Assembly: GCA_030390025.1 (NCBI GenBank)
Contig: CM059432.1
Span: forward strand, 65,350,001 to 65,414,000
Origin: Squalus acanthias
Lineage: Eukaryota
Length of the DNA: 64,000 nucleotides
Reading direction: 5' to 3'
Under the pieces are notes generated by a model. The model searched no databases. It was not told where the DNA came from and worked only from the letters and a program-made list of their open reading frames with translations. The position numbers were made by a program, and so were the translations under genes. Positions within the stretch are counted from its first letter, which is position 1. Every line of letters starts with the position of its first letter. Below, piece by piece: positions 11,175-24,499 of this stretch.

Positions 11175-13414
11175 GGCCGCCATTTCGCTGACCGAGGCGG
11201 GTCAGGGTGGCCGGGGTCAGTGTCGCGGTCCCAGCCCGCTGCCTACCGCAGCCTGCACTCTCCAAATGATTTTATGTTGATTGGGCTTGTTAAGCCCGCC
11301 CAGCGAGGTTCCCGGCCAATTAAAAGGAAGCGGGTCTGATGATGTCATTTGATAACGTGTCATCAGCCGGTTTCCTTAAAGGGGCCATGTTCAAATTGGT
11401 TTTGACAGTTCTGTTGCCAGTGTTCTACAGCATTGAGGTGCTGCAAACACTGACAAGCACTGCACAGAGGTGCATGGCTGCACCCAGGCTCTCCCATGAC
11501 TCCCTGCATATAGTTATGCAGGGAGTCACAGCACGCAGGGAGGTTCTCTTTTGTTTTTGTTCATGGGATGTGGGCGTCGCTGGCAAGGCCAGCATTTATT
11601 GCCCATCCCTAGTTGCCCTTGAGAAGGTGGTGGTGAGCCACCTTCTTGAACCGCTGCAGTCCGTGTGGTGAAGGTACTCCCATAGTGCTGTTAGGTAGGG
11701 AGTTCCAGGATTTTGACCCAGCGATGATGAAGGATCGACGATATATTTCCAAGTCAGGATGGTGTGTGACTTGAAGGGGAACTTGGAGGTGGTGGTGGTC
11801 CCATGCGCCTGCTGCCCTTGTCCTTCTAGGTGGTAGAGGTCGCAGGTTTGGGAGGTGCTGCCGAAAAAGCCTTGGCGAGTTGCTGCAGTGCATCTTGTAG
11901 ATGGTACACACTGCAGCCACAGTCAGTGGTGGAGGGAGTGAATGTTTAAGGTGGTGGATGGGGTGCCAATCAAGCGGGCTGCTTTGTCCTGGATGGTGTT
12001 GAGCTTCTTGAGTGTTGTTGGAGTTGCACTTCCCATGGGCGGAAGAGACCTCCCCAGGAGATCAACGCAGCCTGGTTGCACATTGCACAGGATTGCACAA
12101 GCAGCAATGTCGTCAGGAGGACCAGGCTGCAGTGGCACAAACCTTTCAAGGATCCCAGTAGATCACGAAAAGTTACTGGTAAGCCACACTCAACCTCATC
12201 CTGCAGTGCCACTCATCACATCCCCATCATTCTGCCCTCCCTACCCTACTCCTGCACATCTTTACTCACACCAACTTACCTTGCACCTCCACCCATCCCT
12301 CTCTATCTACATTATCACTTCCCCATCTCACTAGCCACCCCTCACACTCACCCTCATCCTACTGCAGGCACAGCAACTAACAACACGCAAGGGTAGGCAC
12401 TTGGGTGGTTTAGCCAATGTGCTGTCAAACATTGAAACCTTTATTTTCAGCACTTTGCTTTCTTGGACAGATTTGTGTGCACCTTTGGAAGTGGCTTAGC
12501 ACTTAGATACTGAATGGTGAGACATAAGGGTACCACCCCCCCACCCCCCCCACAACGGTGATGAGTGTGAAAGGAATGGCTTGGGCATTGTAAGGATGCT
12601 TTATGGTGTTGGTGGCGTGCTGCCAAACTGGCGCATCATTTGGCATCCAGGGTGTACAGCGTCAAGTGAAGTAAATCTGGCCACGGTGAGGCCATCCCTG
12701 GCGTCCTGGGCAGCAATGTGGTCGGGTGCTGATGTTGTGTCCTGTGCATCATCAGGTGATTGCGGAGAAGGCTGGTGTTGTTGTTGTTGCTGCTCAAAGT
12801 GCCCAGTGATGCTGGTGTTGGGGCAGATCTTGGTGGGATTCTGAGGACCAATGTGAAATATTTTCAAGGGCAACGATGCTGATGGAATAGATGGCAGGTG
12901 AGGTTGAGATGACAGAAGCAATCTGTCAATTGTGAGAGAGGTTATTCCAATGAGGTGACACTGGATGCAGAGTTGGCTCCAAACACTTGCAAGCTACAGA
13001 AAGCTCAATATGTCTTCCAAATGCAGTAACCAACAGTTTCTGAGCTTTGAAAGTGAACAGCTGTAACATGGGATCTTTTATTCAACTTTGGCAGTTGTCA
13101 GGTCATGAGATAATTCAATGCTGAATCCACTCACGACATGCTGAGCTGACGTGTTCCCCGAGCAGCAGGTAACCCGTGAGGGAGCATGTAAAATTGAAAT
13201 AACAGTTTATTGGATGTTAACAACCCATTTAATAATGTGAATTGCCTCCCCCGCCACTTGGTGTTGGGTCTGTTCAGCACCGACAGACCCGGCACCTGGG
13301 AGCCTCGCGTGGAGGTGGTTTGACAGCAGGTTCCCTACCCGCTGTCAATCTTTGCTATTTTGACAGCAGACCCGCCTCCGAACCCGCCCTCTGAGCGCCG
13401 GTAAAATTGAGCCC
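11175..13414 (+). mobile_element. Same Harbinger/Myb family, opposite orientation, with a LINE insertion
   Basis: TSD TTC on both sides; ends GGCCGCCATTT / AAAATTGAGCCC; Myb ORF pieces in 11339..11671 and 12076..12396. Confidence 0.85.
11551..12032 (-). mobile_element. LINE 3' end (CR1/L2 group) inserted in the Myb ORF
   Basis: Translates to KLNTIQDKAARLIG and SWNSLPNS; similar to 30446-30712. Confidence 0.8.
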
Positions 13415-13774
13415 TTCAAATTTCAAATGCTTCTTTGAGACACTTTTCATTCCTTTGCCATTTAATCTACATTTAAAATGACTCTACTTCCCATGGGTGT
13501 CGCTGATTCATTACTAACTTGTTTGTGTTACTTGGCCTCTGGTTAATACACCTCAGAACATTTTACAAATGATAGCTTCAGTTGGTACGAAGATCTAGAA
13601 CTCAGCCATTACGCTTTCGAGGTGTATTCATCTACTTCTTGTTGATGATGAAATTGCCATACAATCAACAAACTCATAAAAAACGATGAACAGCTTCAAA
13701 ATGACACAGCTCCCCAAAAACTAAAAAAATATATAATTGAAAAACTGCCCTGAATATAGGCCTATTACCAAGGC

Positions 13775-13965
13775 CACTGCTTTAAGCCACGTTAACCTCT
13801 CTGCCTTTCTCTCCTCCTTGAAGACGCTCCTTAAAACCTTCCTCTTTGACTAAGTTTTTGGTCATCTGTCCTAATAACTCCTTATGTGGCTCAGTGTCAA
13901 ATTGTGCCTGATAACAATCCTGTGAAGTGCCTTGGGATGTTTTACTATGATAAAGGCAAGTTGTT
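13775..13965 (+). mobile_element. L2 LINE 3' end
   Basis: Similar to 62640-62850. Confidence 0.7.
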
Positions 13966-14418
13966 AAAAAGACTTGCATTTATATAGTGCATTTCACGAC
14001 CCAAAGCGCTTTACAGCCAATGAAGTACTTTTTTTTTTAAGTAGAGTCACTGTTGTAATGTAGGAAATGCAGCAGCCAATTTGCGCTCAGCAAGCTCCCA
14101 CAAACAGCAATGTGATAATGACCAGATAATCTGTTTTGTTATGTTGATTGAGGGGTAAATATCGGCCAGGGCACCGGGGATAACTTTGCTGCTCTTCTTT
14201 GAAATAGTGCCATGGGATCTTTTACGTCCACCTGAGAGAGCTGATGGGGCCTCGGTTTAACGTCTCATCTGAAAGACAGCACCTCCGACCAGTGCAGCAC
14301 TCCCTCAGCACTGCACTGGAGTGTCAGCCAAGATTTTTGTGCTCAGGTCTCTGGAGTGGGACTTGAACCCACAACCTTCTGACTCAGAGGTGAGGGCACT
14401 ACCAACTGAGCCACTGAC
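13966..14418 (-). mobile_element. DeuSINE/SacSINE-like tRNA-derived SINE (family A)
   Basis: Minus-strand A box TGGCTCAGTTGG and B box GGTTCAAGTCC; tail tatataaatgcaagtc. Confidence 0.85.
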
Positions 14419-14839
14419 TGGCAAGTTGTTGTTGGTAGTAAGTTAAATTCCATTTTATTATCTTGGACAACAGGATTTTTATTAGTGTTTTGGGATCGCA
14501 TGTGGGCATTATTTGCCAGTGGTGAAAATATTGCTAATTCTTATATTATTTCAGTTCTTATCACAGTTGTGAATTGCCAGTGTCACTGGCAACTCGAGTT
14601 AACAGCCACTGAAAATGGATGCAGCGCTAACGTTGAAAAATTGGCTCTGGAGGTTGGCAATGTGGAGCACTGCGCTAACTTATTGTGCAACGCCCTCCTG
14701 GTGGCGTTAATGGAGGCCTCCGACCTGAAGTTCCCATCCACAGTCAGCATTGCTGCTTCTTACAGCCTCTGGGAGCGAGGCTGTGGAGTCCGCAAGGCAT
14801 TTTGGGTAATTAAAGGGACTATGAATTAAAGTGGCAATG

Positions 14840-15600
14840 CATTCATAGGATTACATAGGATATACAGCACATCTAACTCTATCAGCATAACCCTCTATTC
14901 CGTTCTCCCTCATATGCTTATCTAGCCTCCCCTTAAATGCATCTATATTATTCACTTCAACCACTCCCTGTGGTAGTGAGTTCCACATTCTCACCACCCT
15001 CTGGGTAAAGAAGTTTCTTCTGAATTCCCTATTTGATTTCTTGGTGACTATCTTATATTGATGGCCTCTAGTTTTGCTCTTCCCCACGAGTGGAAACATT
15101 CTCTCTGTATCTATTCTATCAAAAACTTCCATAATTTTAAAGACCTCTATTAGGTCACCCCTCAGCCTTCTATTTTCAAGAGAAAAGACATCCAGCCTGT
15201 TCATCCTTTCCTGATAGGTATACCCTCGCATTTCTGGTATCATCCTTGTAAATCTTCACTGCACCTTCTCCAGTGCCTCTATAGCCTTTTTATAATATGG
15301 CGACCAGAACTGTACTCCAAGTGTGGTCTAACCAAAGTTCGATACAAGTTTAGCATAACTTCTCTACTTTTCAATTCAATCCCCCGAGAAATAAACCCTA
15401 GTGCTTGGTTTGCTTTTTTATGTCCTGGTTAACCTGTGTCGCTACTTTCAGTGATCCCTTTGCTCTTCTATTGTTAGATTTGTATTTTCCAATTAATATG
15501 TGACCTCCCTATTTTTCTTACCAAAATGTAATACCTCACATTTAGCTGTGTTGAATTTCATTTGCCAATTATATGTCATTCTTCAAGTTTATTAATGTCT
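14840..15600 (-). mobile_element. CR1 LINE 3' fragment
   Basis: ORF 14851..15243: RRLRGDLIEVFKI...FFTQRVVRMWNSLP. Confidence 0.9.
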
Positions 15601-15774
15601 TCTTCAAAACTAAAAAAAATAAACTCAAGTGAAAAAATGTATTTTCAGCCCTTACTGCCTTTCAAAATAAACATAAGCATTAAAAATAATTCCCAAATGG
15701 GAGTCTTCAGCTCTTAAAGTTAAATTGTCTTCTACACCTTAAAAAAGGTAAAACTGCTTCAGCTCTAACAAAAA

Positions 15775-16200
15775 TGGCTCAGCAAGCCAGGGAAGGGGCA
15801 CTTCCCTGGACAACTCGGCTCCAGACCTTGGTCCAAACATGGACAAGACAGCTGAATTCCAGAGGCGAGGTGAGAGTGACTGCCTTTGACATCAAGGCAG
15901 CATTTGACTGAGAGTGGCATCAAGGAGCCCTGTAAAACTGAAGTCAATGGGAATGAGAAGGAATACTTTCCACTGGCTGGAGTTATACCTAGCACAAAAG
16001 AAGATGGTTGTGGTTGTTGGAGGGCAATCATCTCAGCCCCAGGACATTGCTGCAGGAGTTTCTCCGGGCAGTGTCCCAGCCCCAACCATCTTCAGCTGCT
16101 TCATCAATGACCTTCCCTCCATCATAAGGTCAGAAGTGGGGATGTTCGCTGATGATTGCACAGTGTTCAGTTCCATTCGCAACTTCTCAGATAATGAAGG
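15775..16200 (+). mobile_element. LINE RT fragment
   Basis: ORF 15914..16225: PTIFSCFINDLPSIIRSEVGMFADD. Confidence 0.8.
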
Positions 16201-17813
16201 TCAGCATGTTACCCGGTCCAATTAGAGGAAGCGGGTCTGCTGCTGTCATTTCATGACGTGTCATCAGCCGGTTTCCTTAAAGGGACCATGGCCACATTTG
16301 TCTTGACATTTGTGCTGTCAGTGTCCTACAGCATTGAGAGGCTGCAAACACTGACACAAAGGCACAGGGCTGCACCCAGGCTTTCCCATTTCCCACAGCA
16401 CACAGGGAGGTTCTCTTCCCTTCCCAAAGGCAGAATAGGCCTCCCCAGGAGATCAACACAGTCTGGTTGCACATTGCAGAGGAGGGCACAAGCAGGGATG
16501 TGATCAGGAAGACCTGGGTGCAGTGCCACAAATGTTTCAATGATCTCAGTAGAGCACAAAGCGTTAGTAGAAAGCCACACTCAATCTCATCCTGCTGTGC
16601 CTCTCATCACATCCCCATCACTCTGCCTTCCCTACCCTACTCCTGCACATCCTTACTCACACCAACTTACCATGCACCTCCACCCATCCCTCTCTATCTA
16701 TATTATCACATACCCATCTCACTAGCTACCCCTCACACTCACCCTCATCCTAGTGCAATCATACCAACTAACAACACACAAGGGTAGACACTTGGGTGTT
16801 TTATCAATGTCAATGTAAAGTTTCTGTTAATGTGGTGTCAAACATTGAAACCTTTATCTTCAACACTTTGCTTTCTTGGACAGATTCGTGTGCACCTTTG
16901 GAAGTGGCTTAGTGAGTTGCAATGAATGGTGAGACATAACGGTACCCTCTGCAATGGTGCTGAGTGTAAAAGGAATGGCTTAGGCATTGTAGGGATGCTT
17001 TATGGTGTTGGTGTGGGCTGGTGCCAACCTGGCGCATCATGTGGTAGCCAGGGTGAACAGCATCAAGTGAAGTAAATCTGGCCATGATAAGGCCATCGCT
17101 GGCCTCCCGGGCAGCAATGTGGTCAGGTGCTGATGCCCGCTGTCCTGTGCAGCATCAGGTGATTGTGGAGAAGGTTGGTGTTGTTGTTGGTGCTGCTGGT
17201 GTGCCTGGTGCTGCTGGTGTTGGGGCTGATCGTGTTGGGATCCTGAGGACCAAGGTGAGAGAGTGTAAAGGGCACCCATGTTGATGAAATAGATGGCAGG
17301 TGAAGTAGAGATGACAGAAGCATTCTGTCAATGGTGAGAGAGTTCTTCCAATGAGGTAAGAGTGGATGGAGAGTGCAAACTGGAAAGCCAGCAGAATGTG
17401 TGCTGGAAATGGAGTGAGAAAAAGCTTCTGCTTGAGGAAAGTGACTATCAGTCAGGTGGGAGCTTTTACTGTACATTTGAAGCTGTCAAGTAATCAGCTG
17501 GAGCAATGGCCACTGAACTCCCACCTAAGCTTGATAGCCGTGCTCTGCACACAGCAGGGATCCTGTAGTCATGAAGTTAAAGACAAAAGGTAAGTGAAAA
17601 AAGGCTGTTCAGCATCTGGAAACTAGATGCTAATCATTTTAATTAGGTCCCCCACTGCTGCCGGTCGGGTCTGCTCAGTGTTGACAGACCCGACATTTGG
17701 AAAGGCGCATGGCGGCAGGTTCACAGCGGGGTCCCAACCCTCTGCAAAAATAAACCACTTTCCCATCCAACCCACCACCGATCCTACCCGCTAACCCCCC
17801 GGAAAATTCCGTC
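16201..17813 (+). mobile_element. Harbinger/Myb family copy, left end truncated
   Basis: Collinear with 11175-13414; Myb remnant in ORFs 16258..16503 and 16467..16787; ends GAAAATTCCGTC. Confidence 0.82.
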
Positions 17814-17814
17814 T

Positions 17815-18045
17815 TAGTTCCTGCGCTCTGAAACTCCATTCCTAAACCCCTCCCACCTCTTCACTTCTCTCCCTTTAGCAATCTTCTCAAAACCTACCTT
17901 TCATATAAGCATTCAGTCAACCCTCCTAAACTCCCTCCCCAGCTCTGTATCCAGGTCCTCCTTCTGCAAGGGTCTAAGAAGTGCCTTGGGACATTTTGTA
18001 CATTAAAGGCCCTATATAAATGCGTATATCGTTGCTGTTGTTGCT
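17815..18045 (+). mobile_element. Degenerate L2 3' end
   Basis: Similar to 62620-62850. Confidence 0.55.
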
Positions 18046-18124
18046 GTGAAACAGAAACATCTGTCAACACTCAGAAATACACAAAAAAAAATCCAATCCT
18101 TTACAATTTAATAAGGGACACAAT

Positions 18125-19000
18125 GGCTGGAATTTTGCCGGCGCTCAGGGGGTGGGTTTGGAGGCGGGACATCCGGCAAAATCGCCAAGATTGACAGCGG
18201 GTCGGAAACCTGCTGTCAACCCGCCTCCAAACAATCTTCCCAAGTGTCGGGTCCCCGATTTGTGCATGGACCCGACACCTACCGGCGGGAAGAATATTAT
18301 AGGCACTTAACTGCTTGTTAACAGGTTGTTAACAGGCAGTTAAGAGGGTTTTTGCAATTTCAACAGGTGTACTGCGGGCTTCCCAACGTCCGGACACTAC
18401 GCCAGGTAAGTGTGGCGTGCTGTGGGTCTACTTTAATGTTTGTGCACTGATGACAGCTGCAGAAGTGGTGTAAAGGATCCAATAGTACACTGGTGAGTTT
18501 CAGAGGTAAGGAAATGTTGGGAAAATTATTTTTAATGTATTTAGACTTTTCTGTAGGTGACAAGTTTTGAATTGTTTCTGTTGTCCCACCTCATTGGGAG
18601 AACCCCTCTCACCAGTGACAGATCACTTCTGTAACCTCACCTGCAGCTGCTATCTGTTCTAGCCTAAGGAGGGAGTCACTGGAGAGCTTGGGTGCAAGGA
18701 CTCACCTTTGTACAGTGATTGTCAATGTTTGCAGCACCTCTATACTGTCAAACACTGAAAAATCACCTGTCAAAAAAATTGTGCGTGGCCCCTTTAAGAA
18801 AACTGGCAGATGACGCGTCATCGACTGACGTCATCTGACACCGGCTTTCTCTTAATTGGCCGGCAAGCCCGCAGGGTGGGCTTAACAAGGCCAATTGACA
18901 CTAAATCACGTCTGTGTGTCGGACGTCGTTGGGGGCGGGATTGGAACCCAGAAGGCAGCTGTCCCGCCCCCAAGCCACACCAAGAGGTAAGATCGCGGCC
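18125..19000. mobile_element. Shorter Harbinger-type derivative with the same termini as 8380-10148
   Basis: GGCTGGAATTTT ... AAGATCGCGGCC; TSD AAT. Confidence 0.85.
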
Positions 19001-19792
19001 AATGTATTGATTCAATTGCCATCAAGTTGGATTTATCACTCTTTGCTTTCTTGGAATCTCTCTGAAAATGCAGCACAGAAAATGCATTCAGTAAGCAAAA
19101 ATAGCCCTTAATTCACTCTAGGAAAATTGCATTCAGCTGACATGTTACTTGATGCCTATTTAAATCTACAGAAAAAATAGGATTATTAAATGTTTGACAA
19201 AAGGAAAATATCCTGTGTCTTTAAAAGAGCGACTCTATTTAAATTGTCTTCTATAAAACACAGCTATTCCATTAAAGCATATAAGCAAACAAATGTGTGC
19301 CTGAGCAAATGTTCCTTTTAAATGAATATATAAAAGTATAGTCATTAACTAACATGTTTAGTCTTCCGAGCACCCAAGTACTTAGTCTTATGGAAACTCG
19401 TGCAGAAGATTTCTTCCCCCATTCATAGGATGAATTACACGATGAAAGAGGGTTAATTTAATCACCAGACCTTTGGTCACTTTTAATATAAGCATTAACC
19501 CGTTAAAATAGTGGACAAAGGAATGCCATACAAACACAAGTATTCATGCACTAATATTGGAAAAAGTGTTTTCCATAATATTGTTCAAAAACTCTGAGAA
19601 GAAATTTCCTAAGAATTATAAACGAACATCATTACCATTCAAAGTAATTACATCATTAATGTTTTAATGAGTTTGGTTTTATTTCTTATTAATTCACTTT
19701 CTCTCTTCTAATGCGCAGCTTTGTAGCCAATAAAAGGTGCAATTTAGCACTGATGTGTAGTGGAGGTCGTCAATAATGCTAATAAAACTTAC

Positions 19793-19962
19793 CACAGTTA
19801 AACTCCTCAGTTGTTACCGAGGCAACTGATCTACCCTGTAATTTCCTGGGATACTCGCATGTTGCAGCAGCCTGTGTGTTGCTGCTTTGGGCATAGTTCT
19901 TCAGCAATTCTCCCAGCCACATTAGCTGACAATCACACACCAGGCCATTGGAGTCCAAGCGG
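19793..19962 (-). CDS. PXDNL: Peroxidasin-like LRRCT exon (170 nt): [56 protein letters not shown]
   Basis: Within ORF 19779..20021; ctacAG acceptor, GTAAGT donor; CxC...C...C LRR C-terminal cap; phase compatible with the 24033-24104 exon. Confidence 0.92.
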
Positions 19963-20814
19963 CTGTAGCCATGTAAAAACAAGGACAGAATTAGGATACT
20001 TCTGTTTATCTTGCAGAACATTCTGTAACAAAATCATTGTTTCCATTGTGCAATTAACTCTGAATTCTATCTCTTTTTCCTTTTTCTAACAATATTATCC
20101 CCTTTCTTCCTTCTCTCCAGAAGGTCCATGGGGACCGGTAATTATCTGGTACCTCAGCAAAATGGCCATTCTTGCGCGAGTATAGACAGTGAGTGTCTTC
20201 AGGCTATTTGTCATGGTATCATCACAGCCAAACCCAATCCTGGCCTCACCTGATCCCATATGTGCACTTCCAACATGGGTCACTGCATAAGGATTAGGAG
20301 TGGTAACTCTGGCTAACTTTCCCCTCCCCTAACTCTGGGATGCTGAGGTCAATTTGAGGTCCCCTACCACTGCCTCATTGAGGTTAACTAACTCGGCACA
20401 GTGCATGGATCAAACCTAGGACCTTTCTGGTCAGCACATTTAGCTACTCATTATGTTAACTAGTTAAACCATCAGCAAAGATCTGAATCCCATCTTATCA
20501 CAAATGCAAAAAAACTATCCTTACATGATGTTTCCAAGCTTTAACTATGGGTAAGTAAGGAAGAAAAACAAAAAAAGCAAAAGAAGTGAAGTTAAATTCA
20601 CCGCGTATAGGAGATTTACTCTTTAAAAGAACTGTATTCTTTGGAAGAAGACAAACCTTGGTATGTAAATGGTTAACATGTTGAGAAGACCAATTGCAGC
20701 TAGTGGAATAGCAAGTCTGCGAGGAGGCTCGTGGGGAGTATAACACCAGACCAGTTGGGCCGAATGGCCTGTTTCTGTGCTGTAGATTCGATATAATTCT
20801 GTGTTCAACACATT

Positions 20815-21658
20815 GGGCTGGATTTTCATTGACCTGTGGAGTCGGGTTTGGAGGCGTGTGGGGGGTTAAAGTTGCAGATTTGGGGGTCCCGACCCCATCC
20901 CGCCCCCAACCCGCCTCCATGCCAGTTTCGCTGGCGGCGGGTACCCGACCTGTGCTGGGACCCGACTCCCCGAGGCGGGCAGGGATTAGTGACAATTAAC
21001 TGCCTGTTAACAGGTAGTTAACAGGCAGTTTTTTGCCTAATCCCTATTTTGACGGCTGAAATGTGGACTTCCCGACAGGTGCCAACCACGCCAAGTTATC
21101 GGGGCGGACCATGGGTCTGCAGGGGTTGGAGGGGTCGATATGTCCGGTGGGCAGGTGAGTGATGGGTGTATGTGTGCAGAGGTAAGTGTGTAAGGTAAGT
21201 GCAAAGTGTGGGAAAAAGTTTTACCTACCTTAACTTCCTCCTGCAGGTGTCAGCCCTTCAGTTCTCGGGAGTCAGAAATCTCACCAGCACAGAAAGCAGA
21301 AAGGCCGTGGTGCTGTCAAAAACTGCAGCCTTCTGTTTTCTGTGCTGGAATGATTTCTAACTCAGCCTGAGAGGAAGGACTCAAGTTAGAAATCATATTG
21401 TGAGTGTTTGACAGCTTCACAGAGCTGTCAAACGCTGATATTTCATCTGTCAAAAGCTCTTGACAGATGAAATGTCAATCTGTGACATCACCTGTTGCCA
21501 GGTGGCCCTTAATTGGCCTGCTGAGCTCACTGGGCGGGCTCAACAAGGTCAATCAAGGGAAAATACAGTGGGTTGGCCACAAGTCGATGGAGGCGGGACT
21601 GCAACCCAAAAAGTGGGATTCACGACCCTAACCCGATCCCAGTATCAAAATCCAGCCC
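20815..21658. mobile_element. Harbinger-type MITE
   Basis: Perfect 12-bp TIR GGGCTGGATTTT; TSD ATT; inverted relative of 53656-54531. Confidence 0.9.
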
Positions 21659-21711
21659 ATTATCTTAAAAGGCTGCTGATAAACTATGGTTGCCTTACTT
21701 GAAATGTAATT

Positions 21712-23351
21712 GGCCAGAATTTGTTGTCAAAAATTTTTTTTTATTCGTTCATGGGATGTGGGTGTCGCTGGCAAGGCCAGCATTTATTGTCAATCCCTAA
21801 TTGCCCTTGAGAAGGTAGTGGTGAGCCGCCTTCTTATACAACTGAGTGGCTTGCTAGGCCATTTCAGAGGGCAGTTAAGAGTCAACCACATTGCTGTGGG
21901 TCTGGAGTCACATATAGGCCAGACCAGGTAAGGGCAGCAGATTTCCTTCCTGAAAGGGCATTCGTGAACCAGATAGGTTTTTACAATCCGATAGTTTCAT
22001 GGTCACCATTACTGATACTAGCTTTTTATTTCAGATTTATTTAATTAACTGAATTTAAATTCCCCAGCTGCCGTGGTGGGATTATGAACACACATCTCCG
22101 GATCTATTAGTCTAGGCCTCTGGATTACTAGCCCAGTAACATTACCATTATGCTACCATTCCAGAATAATGGTGAGGCTAATGGCGCTCGCTGTTACTAA
22201 TGCGTTAATAGTGCAGCAACTTCAGGCGAGGCACAGACGTGCAGTTAAATGCAAATATTCAAAAGTTGCTGTCTGAGTTGCACCGCTCCGCTGTTAGCTT
22301 TGTGAAAAGCAGGAGGAAGAGGAGCAGGAGGAGGTCAGAGTGCCGGTGTATCGACCAGCAGCAGCACGCGAGCACACGAGCACATGGCTGCTCGGGATGC
22401 AAGGGATGAACTTATCATGGCCAGATTTGCTTAGGTTGCCCAAGTTGGCAAATGTCCTTGGCTCCATCCTAAGACATCACTGACAATGGACATGACTCTC
22501 TGGCCTCCTTTCACTCAGGCCACCAACCTGACAACGCAAGTGTGGCGGAGCCCGCAATGTGGAGCTGCCTAAGGCGAAAGAACAGATGCCATAACGCCAA
22601 CATTTTGGCATCAAATCATTTTAATGCTTTCCAACAGGGATGGCATTTCATCAATACACAGAAACATTCTCCCAATGTGCACACAGATCTGGAGGTTATA
22701 TCCCTTGCCAGCTGTACCCACACAGCCTTGGTTTCTTTGGCAGGCATCTTCCTCCCAGATGAGTGGAAGAGCACCTCCCTGCTAGCTGTCACCCCCTCAA
22801 ACAACATTTGCAGCGCCTCATCCGAGAGCCTCGGGGAGGTCCTTGCCTTGGAATTGGACATAGTGGTTTCTCAGAATATGTTGCAGGTGATGCAGCATAG
22901 GCAGAAATCCTGTGGAATGAGCCAAGGCAGCAAGAAGCCATAAAATCAGGCTGGAAAAGTGATGTCAGCAGAGGCGAGTTTCAGTCCCAAAATTGACCAA
23001 GGGCATCCCACACCTCTGAAATCAAGTGGCCAATCAGAGGAAAATCGCAATTTTTTGAAAACTACCAGTGGAGGCGGGTTTCAAACCCACCCAAACCAAA
23101 ACCCGCCTCTATCTCGCCTCCAATGGGAAAATCGCCCCCCTCCCCCAGTCGTTAAATCTGATTGGTTAAGGAGATACCCTGTTGGTTGTCCTGTTCACTC
23201 AGGTTCCAGATGCTCTGGTTCACTTGCTGCGATGTTATTAGCTCACACATTCAGCAACTTTGTGGGAAACATTTTTTTCCTGAAGGATGCAGAGACAAGT
23301 TTAACTAATGACAGACACCGTTAGATGCCCTGCTACAGCAAAATCTGGCCC
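21712..23351. mobile_element. Composite Harbinger-type element containing a SINE plus transposase-tail and Myb remnants
   Basis: GGCCAGAATTT / AAAATCTGGCCC; TSD ATT; HMAARDARDELIMARFA* at 22381-22434 (+); Myb-like ORF 22616..22861 (-). Confidence 0.75.
21731..22161 (-). mobile_element. SINE family B
   Basis: Reverse complement of 47495-47872; A-rich tail at about 21734. Confidence 0.8.
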
Positions 23352-23359
23352 ATTTTAAA

Positions 23360-23818
23360 GAAAGAAAAAGAAAGACTTGCATTTATATAGCGCCTTTCAC
23401 GATCATCAAAGCGCTTTACAGCCAATGAAGTACTTTTTGAAGTGTAGTCACTGTTGTAATGTGGGAAACGTGGCAGCCAATTTGCGTACAGCAAGCTCCC
23501 ACAAACAGCAATGTGATAATGACCAGATAATCTGTTTTAGTGATGTTGATTGAGGGATAAATATTGGCCAGGACACCGGGGATAACTCCACTGCTCTACT
23601 TCGAAATAGTGCCATGGGATCTTTTACGTCCACCTGAGAGAGTAGATGGGGCCATGGTTTAACGTCTCATCCGAAAGACGGCACCTCCGACAGTGCAGCA
23701 CTCCCTCAGCACTGCACTGGAGTTTCAGCATAGATTTTTGTGCTGAAGTCCCTGGAGTGGGACTTGAACCCACAGCCTTCTGACTCAGAGACGAGGGTGC
23801 TACCCATTGAGCCACAGC
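23360..23818 (-). mobile_element. DeuSINE-like SINE (family A), near full length
   Basis: Pol III A/B boxes at about 23755-23815; highly similar to 13966-14418. Confidence 0.88.
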
Positions 23819-24032
23819 TGACAATATAATGTAAGCATACTGCTGGTGAATCCAGTAAACCAGTGGTTTCCTATATAATAATAATACTTGCATTTGTATA
23901 GCACATCAGCAATTCAAACATCTTAAAGCACCTCATAGAATATGTAACTCAAATAATAGATAAATTACTAAAATAGCACACTAAGCCAGGTCAAATAATG
24001 TTGAACAAATAACTAACGTTCTGAGCACTTAC

Positions 24033-24104
24033 AGTCTTTTTAGTGAACTCAGATGAGAGAAAGTTCCAGCAGGAATTCTTGATACTTTATTATTGTGTAA
24101 GAAT
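24033..24104 (-). CDS. PXDNL: Peroxidasin-like LRR exon (72 nt): FLHNNKVSRIPAGTFSHLSSLKR(L)
   Basis: tttctcAG / GTAAGT sites; FLHNNK, IPAG and SLKRL are PXDNL-like. Confidence 0.9.
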
Positions 24105-24499
24105 CTGAGAAATGAACAAGACAAGTTAATAACAAAAGGAATCAATTTTTGCATCCACCCTTATTTCATTTTTCCTCATGCAGTATGCTTGATAATTATA
24201 TTTCTGTATAATATCTGCATGACTTACTATTTCTACTCGCTTTTCTTTAAACTCATACAACTACACTGTCTAATTGAAATTGTCTGTCTGAAAAGAGGCT
24301 TATTAGTTTCATCTTATCTTTTAGCTGTCTGGGGATTTAGTGACAACATTGATTCCTGTGGGCCTTGATTACACAATCTAATCTGACAGTCTTGGTGCAT
24401 CAAGTGTTTAGTGTGCACCTTCTGATATATCAATCCAGTGTGTGCTGTCTGATCTACCATTCTCTGATCAAGTGTTAGCTTTATTTAGTTGTTAACAGT

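Noticed and set aside
1..19792. Next PXDNL exon (first Ig domain, PRITxEPQD...GNPKP)
   Set aside because: Not found by eye; a QDVD-like word near 2000 lacks the surrounding motif. Probably outside the window, but could have been missed
23745..23818. tRNA gene
   Set aside because: tRNA-like A/B boxes are the head of a multi-copy SINE
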